From Eledone cirrhosa (lineage: Eukaryota): DNA of 64,000 nt. A program made the position numbers and the translations under genes. How positions within the stretch are numbered: position 1 is the stretch's first letter; each line of letters opens with the position of its first letter. The notes under the pieces were generated by a model. That model saw only the letters and a program-made list of their open reading frames with translations. It ran no database searches and was not told the origin of the DNA. The stretch spans positions 95,294,001 through 95,358,000 of the forward strand of contig OZ024745.1 of the NCBI GenBank assembly GCA_964016885.1, in the 5' to 3' direction. Shown here piece after piece: positions 1 through 10,899 of this stretch.

Positions 1-407
1 AAAATTGGTGATGTAGTCTCTTTCCTTATCAGTAAATGAGTTGTGGTATTTTGAAGCCAGGTTGTTGATCTTCTTCATGATGTTGTGGTCTATATTTGAC
101 GGTATTTCATGATAGAATGTTGTGTCTTTCAGTTGTTCCTCAACCAAATCCTTGTAGTATTCAGTATCCATTATAACAACTGCACCCCCTTTATCTGCTT
201 GTTTAATTATTATTGTTTTATCATTTTGTATACGTTTAAGTGCAGACATTTCTGATTTGTTAATGTTTGGCCTAACATTAGTATTATGTCTAAGAGGAAA
301 TTTAGACAGGATGTCAATGTATTGGTCGAGATAGATATTTCTTCCTTTTGGCGGAGTGAAATTTGATTTATTCTTTACTAGTGATTCATCACTCTCATTA
401 TTTTTAT
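1..407 (-). mobile_element. Inverted partial copy of the adjacent Penelope-like element (runs off window start)
   Basis: Reverse complement of 1578-1967, plus 17 extra nt (ccacaacatcatgaaga in + sense) that the + copy lacks. Inverted partial copies are typical of PLE insertions. Confidence 0.95.
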
Positions 408-1412
408 TTCTGGAAAGCATACAGATGCGAAAAATATGTCGAAACACATTCGAAATGGCTCTCTCTAACGGCACCCATACTCCCTCGTAAATACCTAATT
501 ACAGAAATTGCAGGAGAACCAGAAGAAGAAACAAAACTCCGATGGGAACTTACATTGACAAAATTCAGGACCGACATCTCCATTTCTGAATGTAAACAAT
601 CCCGCTACAAAGCCAAATATGAAGCTATTGATGACCAAATTGAAGTTGAAATTTCAAAGCTAACGACTGGTATTATAGCTGAAAAACTACGAGAACTATG
701 GATCGGAGATATCTCAAAAGAAGAAAACAAATCAAGAAAGGTATGGCAGCAGAAACAATTATTTCTCGATGAATATGCTGCAAAATACGGTAAAGACTCT
801 GGAACCCTGAGAAAAAGCATTAAAAGTGGACAATCTCATCAACACAACATACGCCAGAACACGTGCCAACACAAACACTCACCTTACCTTGAATCAAAGA
901 AGAACTACGGTAATAACTCTTCGCTTTTTCTACAAAAACACCCTATCGCACACAACATGAACAAAAAGCACAAACACGATAGGTATTCCTTTGACCAGAC
1001 CATGAGAAGTAGTAAAACCAGGAGATCATTCTCAAGATCTCAACAGAGACTACCAACAAGGAATGTGGAAACAAAACGTAGAATAACCAGATCACTCTCA
1101 AGATCTCAACAGAGATTGCCCACAAGAAACTGGACGAAAAAACGATCTAAACCTGAAAGCAAACCTAGGTCATTTTCCCAGATTGTTAAAAATAATGCTA
1201 ACAGGAAGAAAAATAATATACAGAATACCAAAAATAGGACAAAATACATAACGAAACCAAATATAATATCACGACCAAAAGTTCATCAAGCGAACACCAA
1301 CAGGAATATAAATCCTGAACAGAGAAAAATTCATTTTTTAACGTCAGGACAACAAAAACCGGAAAAAGAAAAACTCCAGGAGGAAACATACCCAAAACAG
1401 CTGTACACGTAG
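408..1412 (+). CDS. PLE upstream ORF1 (5'-truncated by the inversion junction); helical N-part, basic Arg/Lys/Ser-rich C-part with a 66-nt internal repeat
   Basis: About 1 kb open frame (ORF track 363-1412; its first 15 codons come from the inverted copy). The repeat RSxSRSQQRLPTRN occurs at 1023 and 1089. Confidence 0.65.
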   Translation, partial: FWKAYRCEKYVETHSKWLSLTAPILPRKYLITEIAGEPEEETKLRWELTLTKFRTDISISECKQSRYKAKYEAIDDQIEVEISKLTTGIIAEKLRELWIGDISKEENKSRKVWQQKQLFLDEYAAKYGKDSGTLRKSIKSGQSHQHNIRQNTCQHKHSPYLESKKNYGNNSSLFLQKHPIAHNMNKKHKHDRYSFDQTMRSSKTRRSFSRSQQRLPTRNVETKRRITRSLSRSQQRLPTRNWTKKRSKPESKPRSFSQIVKNNANRKKNNIQNTKNRTKYITKPNIISRPKVHQANTNRNINPEQRKIHFLTSGQQKPEKEKLQEETYPKQLYT

Positions 1413-3629
1413 ATCCTAAAATAATTAATTTATCTAAAAGAGATCTTGACAATGATGAAATGCAAATTCTGTCAAGGGGACTGAAATTCACACCGACTCC
1501 AACAGTCAACCACCAAGAACTGAAGGAGGATACCCAAGAATTCTGTCGAAAATTACGTCTTGTAGAATTCTTCGCTGATAAAAATAATGAGAGTGATGAA
1601 TCACTAGTAAAGAATAAATCAAATTTCACTCCGCCAAAAGGAAGAAATATCTATCTCGACCAATACATTGACATCCTGTCTAAATTTCCTCTTAGACATA
1701 ATACTAATGTTAGGCCAAACATTAACAAATCAGAAATGTCTGCACTTAAACGTATACAAAATGATAAAACAATAATAATTAAACAAGCAGATAAAGGGGG
1801 TGCAGTTGTTATAATGGATACTGAATACTACAAGGATTTGGTTGAGGAACAACTGAAAGACACAACATTCTATCATGAAATACCGTCAAATATAGAAGAT
1901 CAACAACCTGGCTTCAAAATACCACAACTCATTTACTGATAAGGAAAGAGACTACATCACCAATTTTGAGCCGAAACCCAGCAACCTGTATGGCCTACCG
2001 AAAGTTCACAAGTCAAAAGAAATACAACTGGCAGTAAGAGAACAAAACAGTGAGTACATTAAATTATTACACCCAAAAGACTTAAAACTTAGACCTATTA
2101 TAGCTGGTCCAACATGCCCCACTCACCGTCTAAGCAATTTTGTTGACATTATTTTGAAACCACTATGTATTCACATACCCAGTTTCATCCGGGATGATAT
2201 CGACTTCCTGTCCCATCTTCCCAAAACCACGGAAACGAATTCACTTCTACTCAGTTTTGATGTGGTAAGCCTTTACACCAACATTACACATGATTTAGGA
2301 ATAAAGGCGGTTAAATACTGGGTGGAAAAACATAGAGAAGTGATTCCCATTAGATTCACAGCGCCATTTATATTAGACGCAGTTAAACTTATTCTGGAAA
2401 ACAACACTTTCTTCTTCAATGGAAAGAATTACATCCAAATTAGAGGCACAGCGATGGGAACGAAGTTTGCTCCCGTTTACGCGAACTCTGTAATGGGATA
2501 CTTAGAACAACAACTCTACCAAGAAATAGAGGAAAAATATAGTACTGACTTTAGAAAGTACATTGAAAAATCTTGGAAGAGATACCTTGACGACTGTTTC
2601 ATCATCTGGACAGAATCTCTAGATACTCTGGATGAGTTCAATATCCTCCTGAATAACCTACACCCATCTCTCCAATTCACAAAAGAGATGAGTAGGACCA
2701 AATTACCATTCCTAGATATAATGATAATCAAAAACGACACCACCATTACCACGGATATATATTATAAACACACAGACACCCATCAATATCTGAATTTTAA
2801 GTCGTGCCATCCACCTCATACAAAACGCAACATCCCATACTGCCTAGCCAGAAGAATTTGTACCATTGTAGAAGATACGAATACCAGGTACAAACGCCTA
2901 ACAGAACTAAGAGAATTTTTGCTCAAACAAAAATACCCATCTCTACTTATAGAAAATGGCATACAGCGGGCTATAAAAATACCTATACAACAACTTAGAA
3001 CAACCCAAAGAAGAAGAAACCAAGAACTGGTCATACCATTTATAATGACACACAACCCATGTCACCAGAATATCTTCAACACTGCCAAAGCAAACCTACC
3101 GATCATTGCTCAAAGTAATGAATTAAAAGGCTTAATCACAGATCGATCTTTGACTCTTAGTAAAAGACAGCCAAAAAATTTGAAGCAATTGCTAACAAAA
3201 GCAAAGTTTGACCTTAACAACAAAGACCAATCATTCACTGTATCTAAATGCAATGATAATCGATGCGGCACATGTCAATCCATACACGCCGGTCAATATA
3301 TGAAAACAAAAACTGGAAAAATATTCACAAATGCAAATATGAACTGCAAAAGCAGAAATCTAATTTACTGCATTAAATGCCCGAATTGTGAAGAACTATA
3401 TGTCGGTCAAACTGGAAATGCACTATCGGAACGTGCACGGGTACACCGTCAACAAATCAGAGACCCAAATGTCCGTCAGATACCCCTAAGCGGCCACCTG
3501 GCAACATGTGGTCAGGGAATATTTATAATATTCCCATTCTACAAATTACACAGCCCAAATGAAATCAAGAGAAAAATCAAAGAAAAGAATTTTATTGATA
3601 AATTCAAACCCAAGCTAAATGAACAATAA
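1319..3629 (+). pseudogene. PLE reverse transcriptase-GIY-YIG endonuclease ORF2, broken by one 17-bp deletion at 1896/1897
   Basis: Frame opens at 1319. ORFs 1460-1939 and 2154-3629 join into one frame when the 17 nt seen in the inverted copy are restored. No stops between 1899 and 2154 in the downstream frame. Confidence 0.9.
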
Positions 3630-4004
3630 TAACGCCTAGGGGTATTACTTCTACTACCACTATGACCACGACCACTAACAACAACAACAACAACAATAAT
3701 AATAATAATAAAAGTGATGTTGATGGTGATGATTAATAGAAAATGCTATTTTCATCATTTCAAAAAAGCAAAACAATTGATACGTTGGATATGACTATTG
3801 GTCGTTAGCATGCTCAACCAGCCGTGACGCTTAAACCAATCAGCTGTAGTAATTCAGTGAAACTACACACTGATTGGTCGAAATACAGTTTACAGGGCTT
3901 TGCATTCTGGAGCCACTTTTCTCTGTATAAAATGTATAAAAGGTAGGAAATTTACCCATCTCATTACAGTTGAAAATTGCAAACTCGACTGTCACCACAT
4001 ATCA

Positions 4005-4043
4005 TGAACCTGAAGATTGCGAAAGCATGAAAGTACTTGTTCA
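4005..4043 (+). ncRNA. Minimal type I hammerhead ribozyme (PLE-associated)
   Basis: tgaac-CTGAAGA-ttgc gaaa gcat-GAAA-gtac-tt-gttca: stem I tgaac/gttca, stem II tgc/gca, palindromic stem III gtac. Confidence 0.85.
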
Positions 4044-4154
4044 ATTAACACTTAGAATTTAATATTCTATCATACTATTTCATTATAATACCATTATATA
4101 TATTTTAAAGGATTGTAAATAAAACGAGTAAATCAGACAAAGTTGGAATTCCTC

Positions 4155-4208
<54 letters not shown>

Positions 4209-4353
4209 ATTAGAATACTGGAGCGTGTTTGAGTCAAACACCCTCTTCGTATTATAGAAATGACAGTAAAAGATATAGCTCAATGCAGTTAAACAGAGCC
4301 GAAAAATTAAGAGAGTAAAACAAAGAATCCTTTAATACATCAAAAGTTTTTAT

Positions 4354-4396
4354 TAGCCGACAATGTTTCGTCCTATTAAGGACTCATCAGGGCAAA
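4354..4396 (-). ncRNA. Minimal type I hammerhead ribozyme
   Basis: Minus strand gcc-CTGATGA-gtcc ttaata ggac-GAAA-cattg-tc-ggc, with a GUC cleavage triplet. Confidence 0.85.
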
Positions 4397-5368
4397 CAAA
4401 ACAACAAGAAGTAATTTCGGCAGATACAAGCCAGAAACTCTGAAGAATATGGGGTTTACATATACTAATGTCTTACAAGGACATAGGATAATAAAAATGA
4501 GGATAAAACTATAATAACTAAGGATGTAGATGACATTAAGAACCATATTACAAATATGGTTCAAAGTCACCAACTTAAATCTAAACAAATTTGGTTATAT
4601 AGAACAGGAATTATATATAACACAGTATAATACATTCTAATAATAATATATCTATACCAACACTGAAATTCCAAATCAAAAATTCCAAATCAAAAATTTA
4701 TTATAGAATCTAGGTTAGAGATAATGGTAAATTTTTCATTCATAAATTTTCATTCATAAATTAACAACCATTGTCTCGATAAAAACTTAATTTATGAATG
4801 TAAAATTATAACTAGCACCAATTCCTTCACCTATTTTGGCTCCACTTCCACCTCTTTTAAAGCTCGTCTCTATAATCATCATTCATCTTTCAAATACAAA
4901 CTTAAAAGAACTAACACTGCTCTCTCAGAACTCATATGGTCCTTAAAAGACAAAAACATTAAATATACCATCTTTTGGAAGAAGATTTCTTCTGCATCCT
5001 CATACTTGAACAGCTCTCTATCTAAAATCTGTAATCTCTGCCTAAATGAAAAATTTACCATTATCTCTAACCTAGATTCTATAATAAATAGACGCACAGA
5101 TTTGTTTTCTATCTGCCTGCATAAATTCCATAGAACTTTTCACAAAGTATACAGTTAATATTCAATTCTTTATTAATTTAGAATCTTTTCTCAAAGGCAC
5201 ATATACATACACCTCTTTAAAATATACCCATCTACCTTACTTTAAAGGGCATTATACACTCTATAATACTTGTTTTACTCATTACCCTCATTCTATCATA
5301 ACATATACATTTGTTGTTGTTTTTGACGTTAGAATATTCATCCGCAATCATTATTATTTTTTCTCTTA

Positions 5369-5560
5369 GGGCGGTGAATTGGCAGTATCGGTAGAGGGTT
5401 GGACGCCATGCTTTCTAGCATAGTTACGTCCCTTTACGGTTTGATTTCAAATCCCGCTGAGGTTAACTTTGCCTTTCATCCTTACGGGGTCGATAAAATA
5501 AAGTACCAGTAATGTACTGGGTAATTGCTGGCCTTGTGCCTAAAGTAGAAACAATTATTA
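5369..5560 (+). mobile_element. tRNA-derived SINE (family S1)
   Basis: A-box-like tggcagtatcgg, B-box-like ttcaaatcc, core gcctttcatccttacggggtcgataaaataaagtaccag, and a TSD resembling attattattttttctct. Confidence 0.85.
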
Positions 5561-6358
5561 TTTTTTCTCTCTATCATAAATCTTTTTAATCTCAATTTCA
5601 TCCCTAATTTATTATTTTTTTTCTCCCCATCAACGAACTCATTATTAACTCTTTATTCGCATATATTAATTCCTTCAATATACAAACTTTAACTTCACAT
5701 TATTTTTCTCAAATCCTTCTACACACAAACCTTAATAATTTTTCTCTTCGTTAATTTTGAAATTGCCACAATACATACATTTCTTTTTTGACGTTAGAAT
5801 ATTCATCCACAATTATTATTTTTTTCTCTCTATCTTCATACATAATTTCCCTTCGTTAATTTTCAAATTCCTTTAATTTATACATTATCTTCCAACGGTT
5901 CCCAACCTCTCTATGTTAAAACAATATATCTTTTTCTCAGTTATAAAAACTATCTCTTTCTCTCTATCACCCATCTCTCCCTCTCCACCTTCACTCTCAT
6001 CTCCTCCCCCTTTTTTTCATCCTTTCCACCCCCCCTCCCTAAATAAAATATTTTTTCCTCGCACATATCCTCCCTTCGTTAATTTTCAAATTTTTAATTT
6101 ATACATTATCTTCCAACGGTTTTCAACCTCTCTATGTAAAACAATATATCTCCTCTCAGTTATAAAAACTATCTCTTTCTCTCTATCACCCATCTCTCCC
6201 TCTCATCTCCTTCCCTTTTCATCCTTTCCACCCCACCCCCCTCTCTAAATAAAATATTTTTCCCAATATCACACATCAATCTAAAACCACTTTTCATATG
6301 TTGATTTAAAACTGCACTATCCACTAGTGTTTTTTAGCCTTCATATCATGTTCTCCTG

Positions 6359-6425
6359 TTTTATCTGATGAAAACACAAATATTATTGCATGATGATGTT
6401 TGTTTTTGAAATGCGCATAATAAAA
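6359..6425 (+). ncRNA. Type I hammerhead ribozyme with long stem II
   Basis: ttttat-CTGATGA-[acaaatattatt gcat gatgatgtttgt]-GAAA-tgcgca-ta-ataaaa. Confidence 0.8.
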
Positions 6426-6534
6426 TACATGGAACTCCTTTAACCATCTTTTGATCTTATATTATATATATATATATATAAATGAAAGACGTAAATAAGA
6501 AAGTTATGAACATTGACTTACTTACTAAAATTTC

Positions 6535-6612
6535 ACTCCAACTAATTAGTTTCTGTAAGGGGATAAATACAGTTATGTAATACTGTAGAGAAGCCTTACG
6601 TCATCAGGGAGT
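6535..6612 (-). ncRNA. Type I hammerhead ribozyme
   Basis: actcc-CTGATGA-cgtaagg...ccttaca-GAAA-ctaattag-tt-ggagt. Confidence 0.85.
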
Positions 6613-7063
6613 CTATTCTCAGCTAAGCCACCAGGCAATGCGGGGACACTGGAAGCTTATATAACAATAATTCAGTGGATGGAAAAAATCGAAAAAATCG
6701 AGCGGGGCTAGATTCTAAGCACTGAAAAATTCGCTGCCTCCTTGGTCAAGTGGCAAATTCAAAAGAATTAATCACGTGACACTGAGGTTAACCAGCTTGG
6801 AGTGGGGGTGCTATTAAGACAGAGCCTAGCTACTACTATCAGTCACAGTAGTAATTTGGCAAATTTTGCTCAACAAATAATTTGGAGAAGGATATAAAGA
6901 ATTAATATATCTACCGACATATGTATACAGATCCATACCTATGCTAGCAGATATATATGTTTTGTCTTAGTAACTTTGTAGTTCTATGCAGGGGAATGCA
7001 GAACAATTATATGAAAGACGTAAATAAGAAAGTTATGAAAATTGACTTACTTACTAAAATTTC

Positions 7064-7141
7064 ACTCCAACTAATTAGTTTCTGTAAGGGGATAAATACA
7101 GTTATGTAATACTGTAGAGAAGCCTTACGTCATCAGGGAGT
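7064..7141 (-). ncRNA. Type I hammerhead ribozyme (second copy, 529 nt from the first)
   Basis: Identical to 6535-6612. Confidence 0.85.
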
Positions 7142-7316
7142 CTATTCTGAGCTAAGCCACCAGGCAATGCGGGGACACTGGAAGCTTATTTACGTCTTTC
7201 ATATAATTGTTCTGCATTCCCCTGCATAGAACTACAAAGTTACTAAGACAAAACATATATATCTGCTAGCGTAGGTATGCATCTGTATTCATATGTTGGT
7301 AGATATATTAATTCTT

Positions 7317-7349
<33 letters not shown>

Positions 7350-8445
7350 GCATACATATATGTGTGAGTGTGTGTTTCTGTGTGTATGTATGAGTGTGTG
7401 TCTGTATTGATAGAGATTAGAGATAGAGATTGAGATCGTGAGATATACTCGTAGATGGGTAGATAAATACCATATCTCTCACGTTATCTCCCCCCCCCTC
7501 TCTCCCTCTCTCTTTCTCTTTCTACCTCTTTCTCCTTCTCAGTATATTAAAAGTATTCAAGTTATTAGTATTAGTATTATATATTCCTGTATTGTGTGAC
7601 ATTCTCTTGCTGCTTGGTATTTAAAGTAATGTCTATCGACATTTCCAAATTCCTGTATGCATAAATACCCGTACTGAAACGAAATTTTGCTAAGGTTAAC
7701 TAACAATATGACTATGAATGACTTTATTTTCATTCATTTAATCAGAATCTGAAGAGTTTGTAGATATTTGTTTACTATTTTAATCACGCTAATGCCACTA
7801 TTCGTCTCCAATAATATTTGCTATGTAAAGGAACTATTATCTTGCAGCGTATGTGATCAATTCTTGTTTAGTGATTGTCTGCTTCTGCTAAAGAGATTTG
7901 TGACGCCGAACGAAACGATTTTTCAAACTTTTCTATACTGTTTGCGACTTTTCTATACTGTTGCGAGTTTTTTAATGTTTATCTTTCCATAATGCGTTTC
8001 TAGAAAACTGTTCATAATTATAGTAAATGCATTTAGTGTTGTGTTTTATCCATATTGCTTCAAAACAAATTTATTGGTTTTGTAAAGTAAATTCACCTGG
8101 TCTGACAAAATATTTCCTGAATACATGGAGCATCTATTGTGTTATTTATCTTCTTTTTACATTTTTAACTAAAAGGCTTTCTCATTGTTATGTCGTTGGT
8201 CATTATATGCCGTCGTGCTTTAGTATATGTGATTGATTAGTTTCGTTCTATTCATATCTATTGATTTGATATTTCTTTTGTTCATTGGTTAAGTGTATAA
8301 TGCATGGAAGAGAACTTAAAGAACATTCTAAGGTTCATAGAACGAAGATGTTTGTACTGATACGGTAATTTACTATAATCAAACCCATAAGGGAATTTGG
8401 TTTTGTTCTCAGCTATAAAGCTTGGTATATAGAGGCAAAGAATCA

Positions 8446-8503
8446 ACTACTACTACTACAACTGCTGCTGGTATTACTGCTGCTGTTACTGCTGCTGCTG
8501 TTG

Positions 8504-8559
<56 letters not shown>

Positions 8560-8560
8560 G
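8446..8560. repeat. (CTA)n/(CTG)n microsatellite
   Basis: Direct reading. It explains the poly-Leu ORF at 8501. Confidence 0.95.
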
Positions 8561-8680
8561 ATTGTTTGCCTTATTAGTTTCGTGTTTATTAGCTACAAGG
8601 GCTTACACACGTGCATACATACACACATACATACAGGCATACATGCATACAAAATATACATACATACATACATATATACA

Positions 8681-9214
8681 TGATGGCTTCCCCCTCGCTA
8701 TCGAGTATGGCCATTGCATGATATACTATTATTAATAATTATTAATCAATTCTACCGTGCAATGCCTGTGCGTGAAGATATTTTTTAAAGTGAAGAAAGA
8801 CTGTGCACTGAGCCAATCCCACTCTCTGAGCGACAGTAACTATAACCTTAAAAGAAGAAAAGATCAACATCATCGGTAACTACTGAGCCGCAGGTTTTAT
8901 ATCGGAGTTATCCCAGTTTCCTGAGTTGCCTTCTCCTAGAAGAATGCACTGACAAAGGCTAGGGGTCCGTCACTCCCAGTGGTTTAACCGTGCAGTACAT
9001 GTGTATATACATATTTACACACTTTTGGATGGCCGTTGACTCTTATGAGTTCTTCCGCCCTTTGTCAGGTTTTTCTTTTTGTCCTGCAGAGTGTCCAAAA
9101 TCACCCTCCTCACCAAGTAAACTTGGTGGGGTTGCCGGTTTAGTCGCCGACGACCCGACCATGCGACAGGTTGTACTGGGTTACATGTTACCAGCAGCAC
9201 TCAAGAGTGACCCG
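8681..9214 (-). mobile_element. RTE-derived non-autonomous element, divergent subfamily, flanked by (TACA)n
   Basis: Shares ctaggagaagg.aaactc, cttttcttctttt and the 5' leader (9025-9214) with the 9305-9912 copy. Confidence 0.6.
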
Positions 9215-9304
9215 ACATACATACATACATACATACATACATACATACATACATACATACATACATACATACATACATACATACATACATACATACATAC
9301 ATAC

Positions 9305-9912
9305 ATGGTGGCTGCCAACACGTTTTCGAGTACGGCCACTACTTTATATCCATGTAGGAGAACTCCTACCGATGCGCTGAACGAGTGTGACTTTTTAGTC
9401 CAGCCATCGAATTGAAAACTCTGGTACAAACACTACACTTGTGACAATTATTGACACATAGTGCTGGGCCCATGGTACCATGTGACAAGTGCAGAGAGAT
9501 CTCCAGATATAAAGCAATGCCTGTGACGTGAGGCTTTTATAGTGAACAAAGGCACTGCACAAAGCCAGTCCCACTCTCTTAACCAAGATGATATTTACCA
9601 AAAAGAAGAACAAGTCAACATCATTGGATACCATCAGGGTTGCAGGTGTTATATCAGAGTTTTCCTTCTCCTAGAATTCTGCCTTGACAAAGGCTAAGGG
9701 GTCATCTCTCTCAGTGATTTTGGATGGCCATTGACTCTTAAGAGCTATTTTGCCGTTTGACAGGTTTTGTTTTTAGTCCTGCAGGATGTCCAAAGTCACC
9801 CTCCTCACCAAGAAACCTTGGTGGGGTTGCCAGTTTAGTCGCCAACGACCCGACCATGGGACAGGTTGTACTGGAATACATGTTACCAGTAGCACCAACT
9901 GGTGACCTGACA
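9305..9912 (-). mobile_element. RTE-derived non-autonomous element (5' UTR fused to ORF 3' end), tail (ATGT)n
   Basis: Near-identical to 31861-32272, where the minus strand encodes the C2H2-like end HKCSVCTRVFKSLAGLKSHTRPAHR*. Has a 3' hairpin tactcg-aaaa-cg(a/t)gt and (TACA)n on both sides. Confidence 0.7.
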
Positions 9913-10174
9913 TAACATACATACATACATACATGCATATAATGAACGTTAAAACATTGAGTTCCCAAAACATGGAGTAAGACAAGACAAAGTTATATTT
10001 AAAAAACAAACGAAAGGAATGTACGAATATTATACAATTAATTTATTAATGAATAGATAAAAACACTTAGCTGAATATGTTATATAACACAATAATTAGA
10101 TCGAAATATAATATAGAAGTATCATTGTGAAAACAGTTGAAAGTTACATACCCAACTGTTATCCTAGTGTAGAG

Positions 10175-10522
10175 CAGAAGTTCTCAAACTTTTTGGGCCA
10201 CTGCCCCACTCACAGCCTCGTAATACCCTCAGCCCCCCCCCCCCCCCCAAACAATCCTATTTCCAGAGAGACTTGCCTACATGAAAATTGCCAATAATAT
10301 ATAAATAAAATCGTTAATTTATATATAATAAACAATATATAAATAAAATCGTTAAATTTTATATAATAATTACTATTTATAAATAAATATTATATATTTG
10401 TTATTTTAATATATTTATGTATAATATGTATCATTTGATATTTGATATACTATTATATCATCTCTACTGCCTCCTTAGATCCCAGCACCCGCCCTCTGTA
10501 GCGCCCACATTGAGAACCTCTG
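10175..10522. mobile_element. hAT (Charlie-type) MITE
   Basis: TIRs cagaagttctcaa / ttgagaacctctg and 8-bp TSD gtgtagag / gtttagag with central TA. Confidence 0.8.
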
Positions 10523-10899
10523 GTTTAGAGCAACCCACGGATCTTCTCATCAACTATTTATTTCTTTAATGGTTTTTACTAACAATAATTTCTACTTTCA
10601 GTTTCTCGTCTTTTTTAGCCTCAATCCACATATTGATAAACTTAATCACCCTCTAATCCAGTCCCATGTTGTTGCATTTAACGGGTATCTCCAATGTCAT
10701 ATCCAATGTCATATCTCTTTTCTCACATGGCTAGCTTTTTCTCTTTTTCTTTTTCTTTTGCCCCCTAAAACACTGCCATTCCCTGATAGAATATTGACGT
10801 CTATTACCTTATATTTTGCTTTGTTTGAATTATTAATCAAACAGATTTGTAATATTTCTTCCTAGTATTTTCTTTCATTTGTGTGTGTTGTACAGTTTA

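Larger units (their letters stand above)
408..4159 (+). mobile_element. Penelope-like retroelement, Neptune-type (uORF + RT + GIY-YIG, hammerhead in 3' region)
   Basis: Motifs IINLS..LSRGLKFTPTP, IIIKQADKGGAVVIMD, LYGLPKVHK, LRPII, FDVVSLYTNI, GTAMGTKFAP, RYLDD, Cys linker CNDNRCGTC and GIY-YIG NLIYCIKCPNC..YVGQT. Ends at (TA)n starting 4160. Confidence 0.93.
4697..6465 (+). mobile_element. 5'-truncated PLE relic (GIY-YIG C-terminus, long CT-rich 3' UTR, hammerhead), with inverted 5' stub and an internal SINE
   Basis: From about 4790 it translates IYECKI...TYFGSTSTSFKARLYNH...LSELIWSLKD...CNLCLNEK...CLHK. 4697-4740 is the reverse complement of 5046-5089. Homologous to 39290-40965. Ends at (TA)n. 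Confidence 0.8.
6482..7320 (-). mobile_element. Non-coding retrozyme/pLTR-like element: 529-bp unit + partial direct repeat + inverted tail
   Basis: 6482-6660 is repeated at 7011-7188 (period 529), and 7186-7320 is the reverse complement of 6893-7027. It carries two hammerheads and has (TA)n on both sides. Confidence 0.85.
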
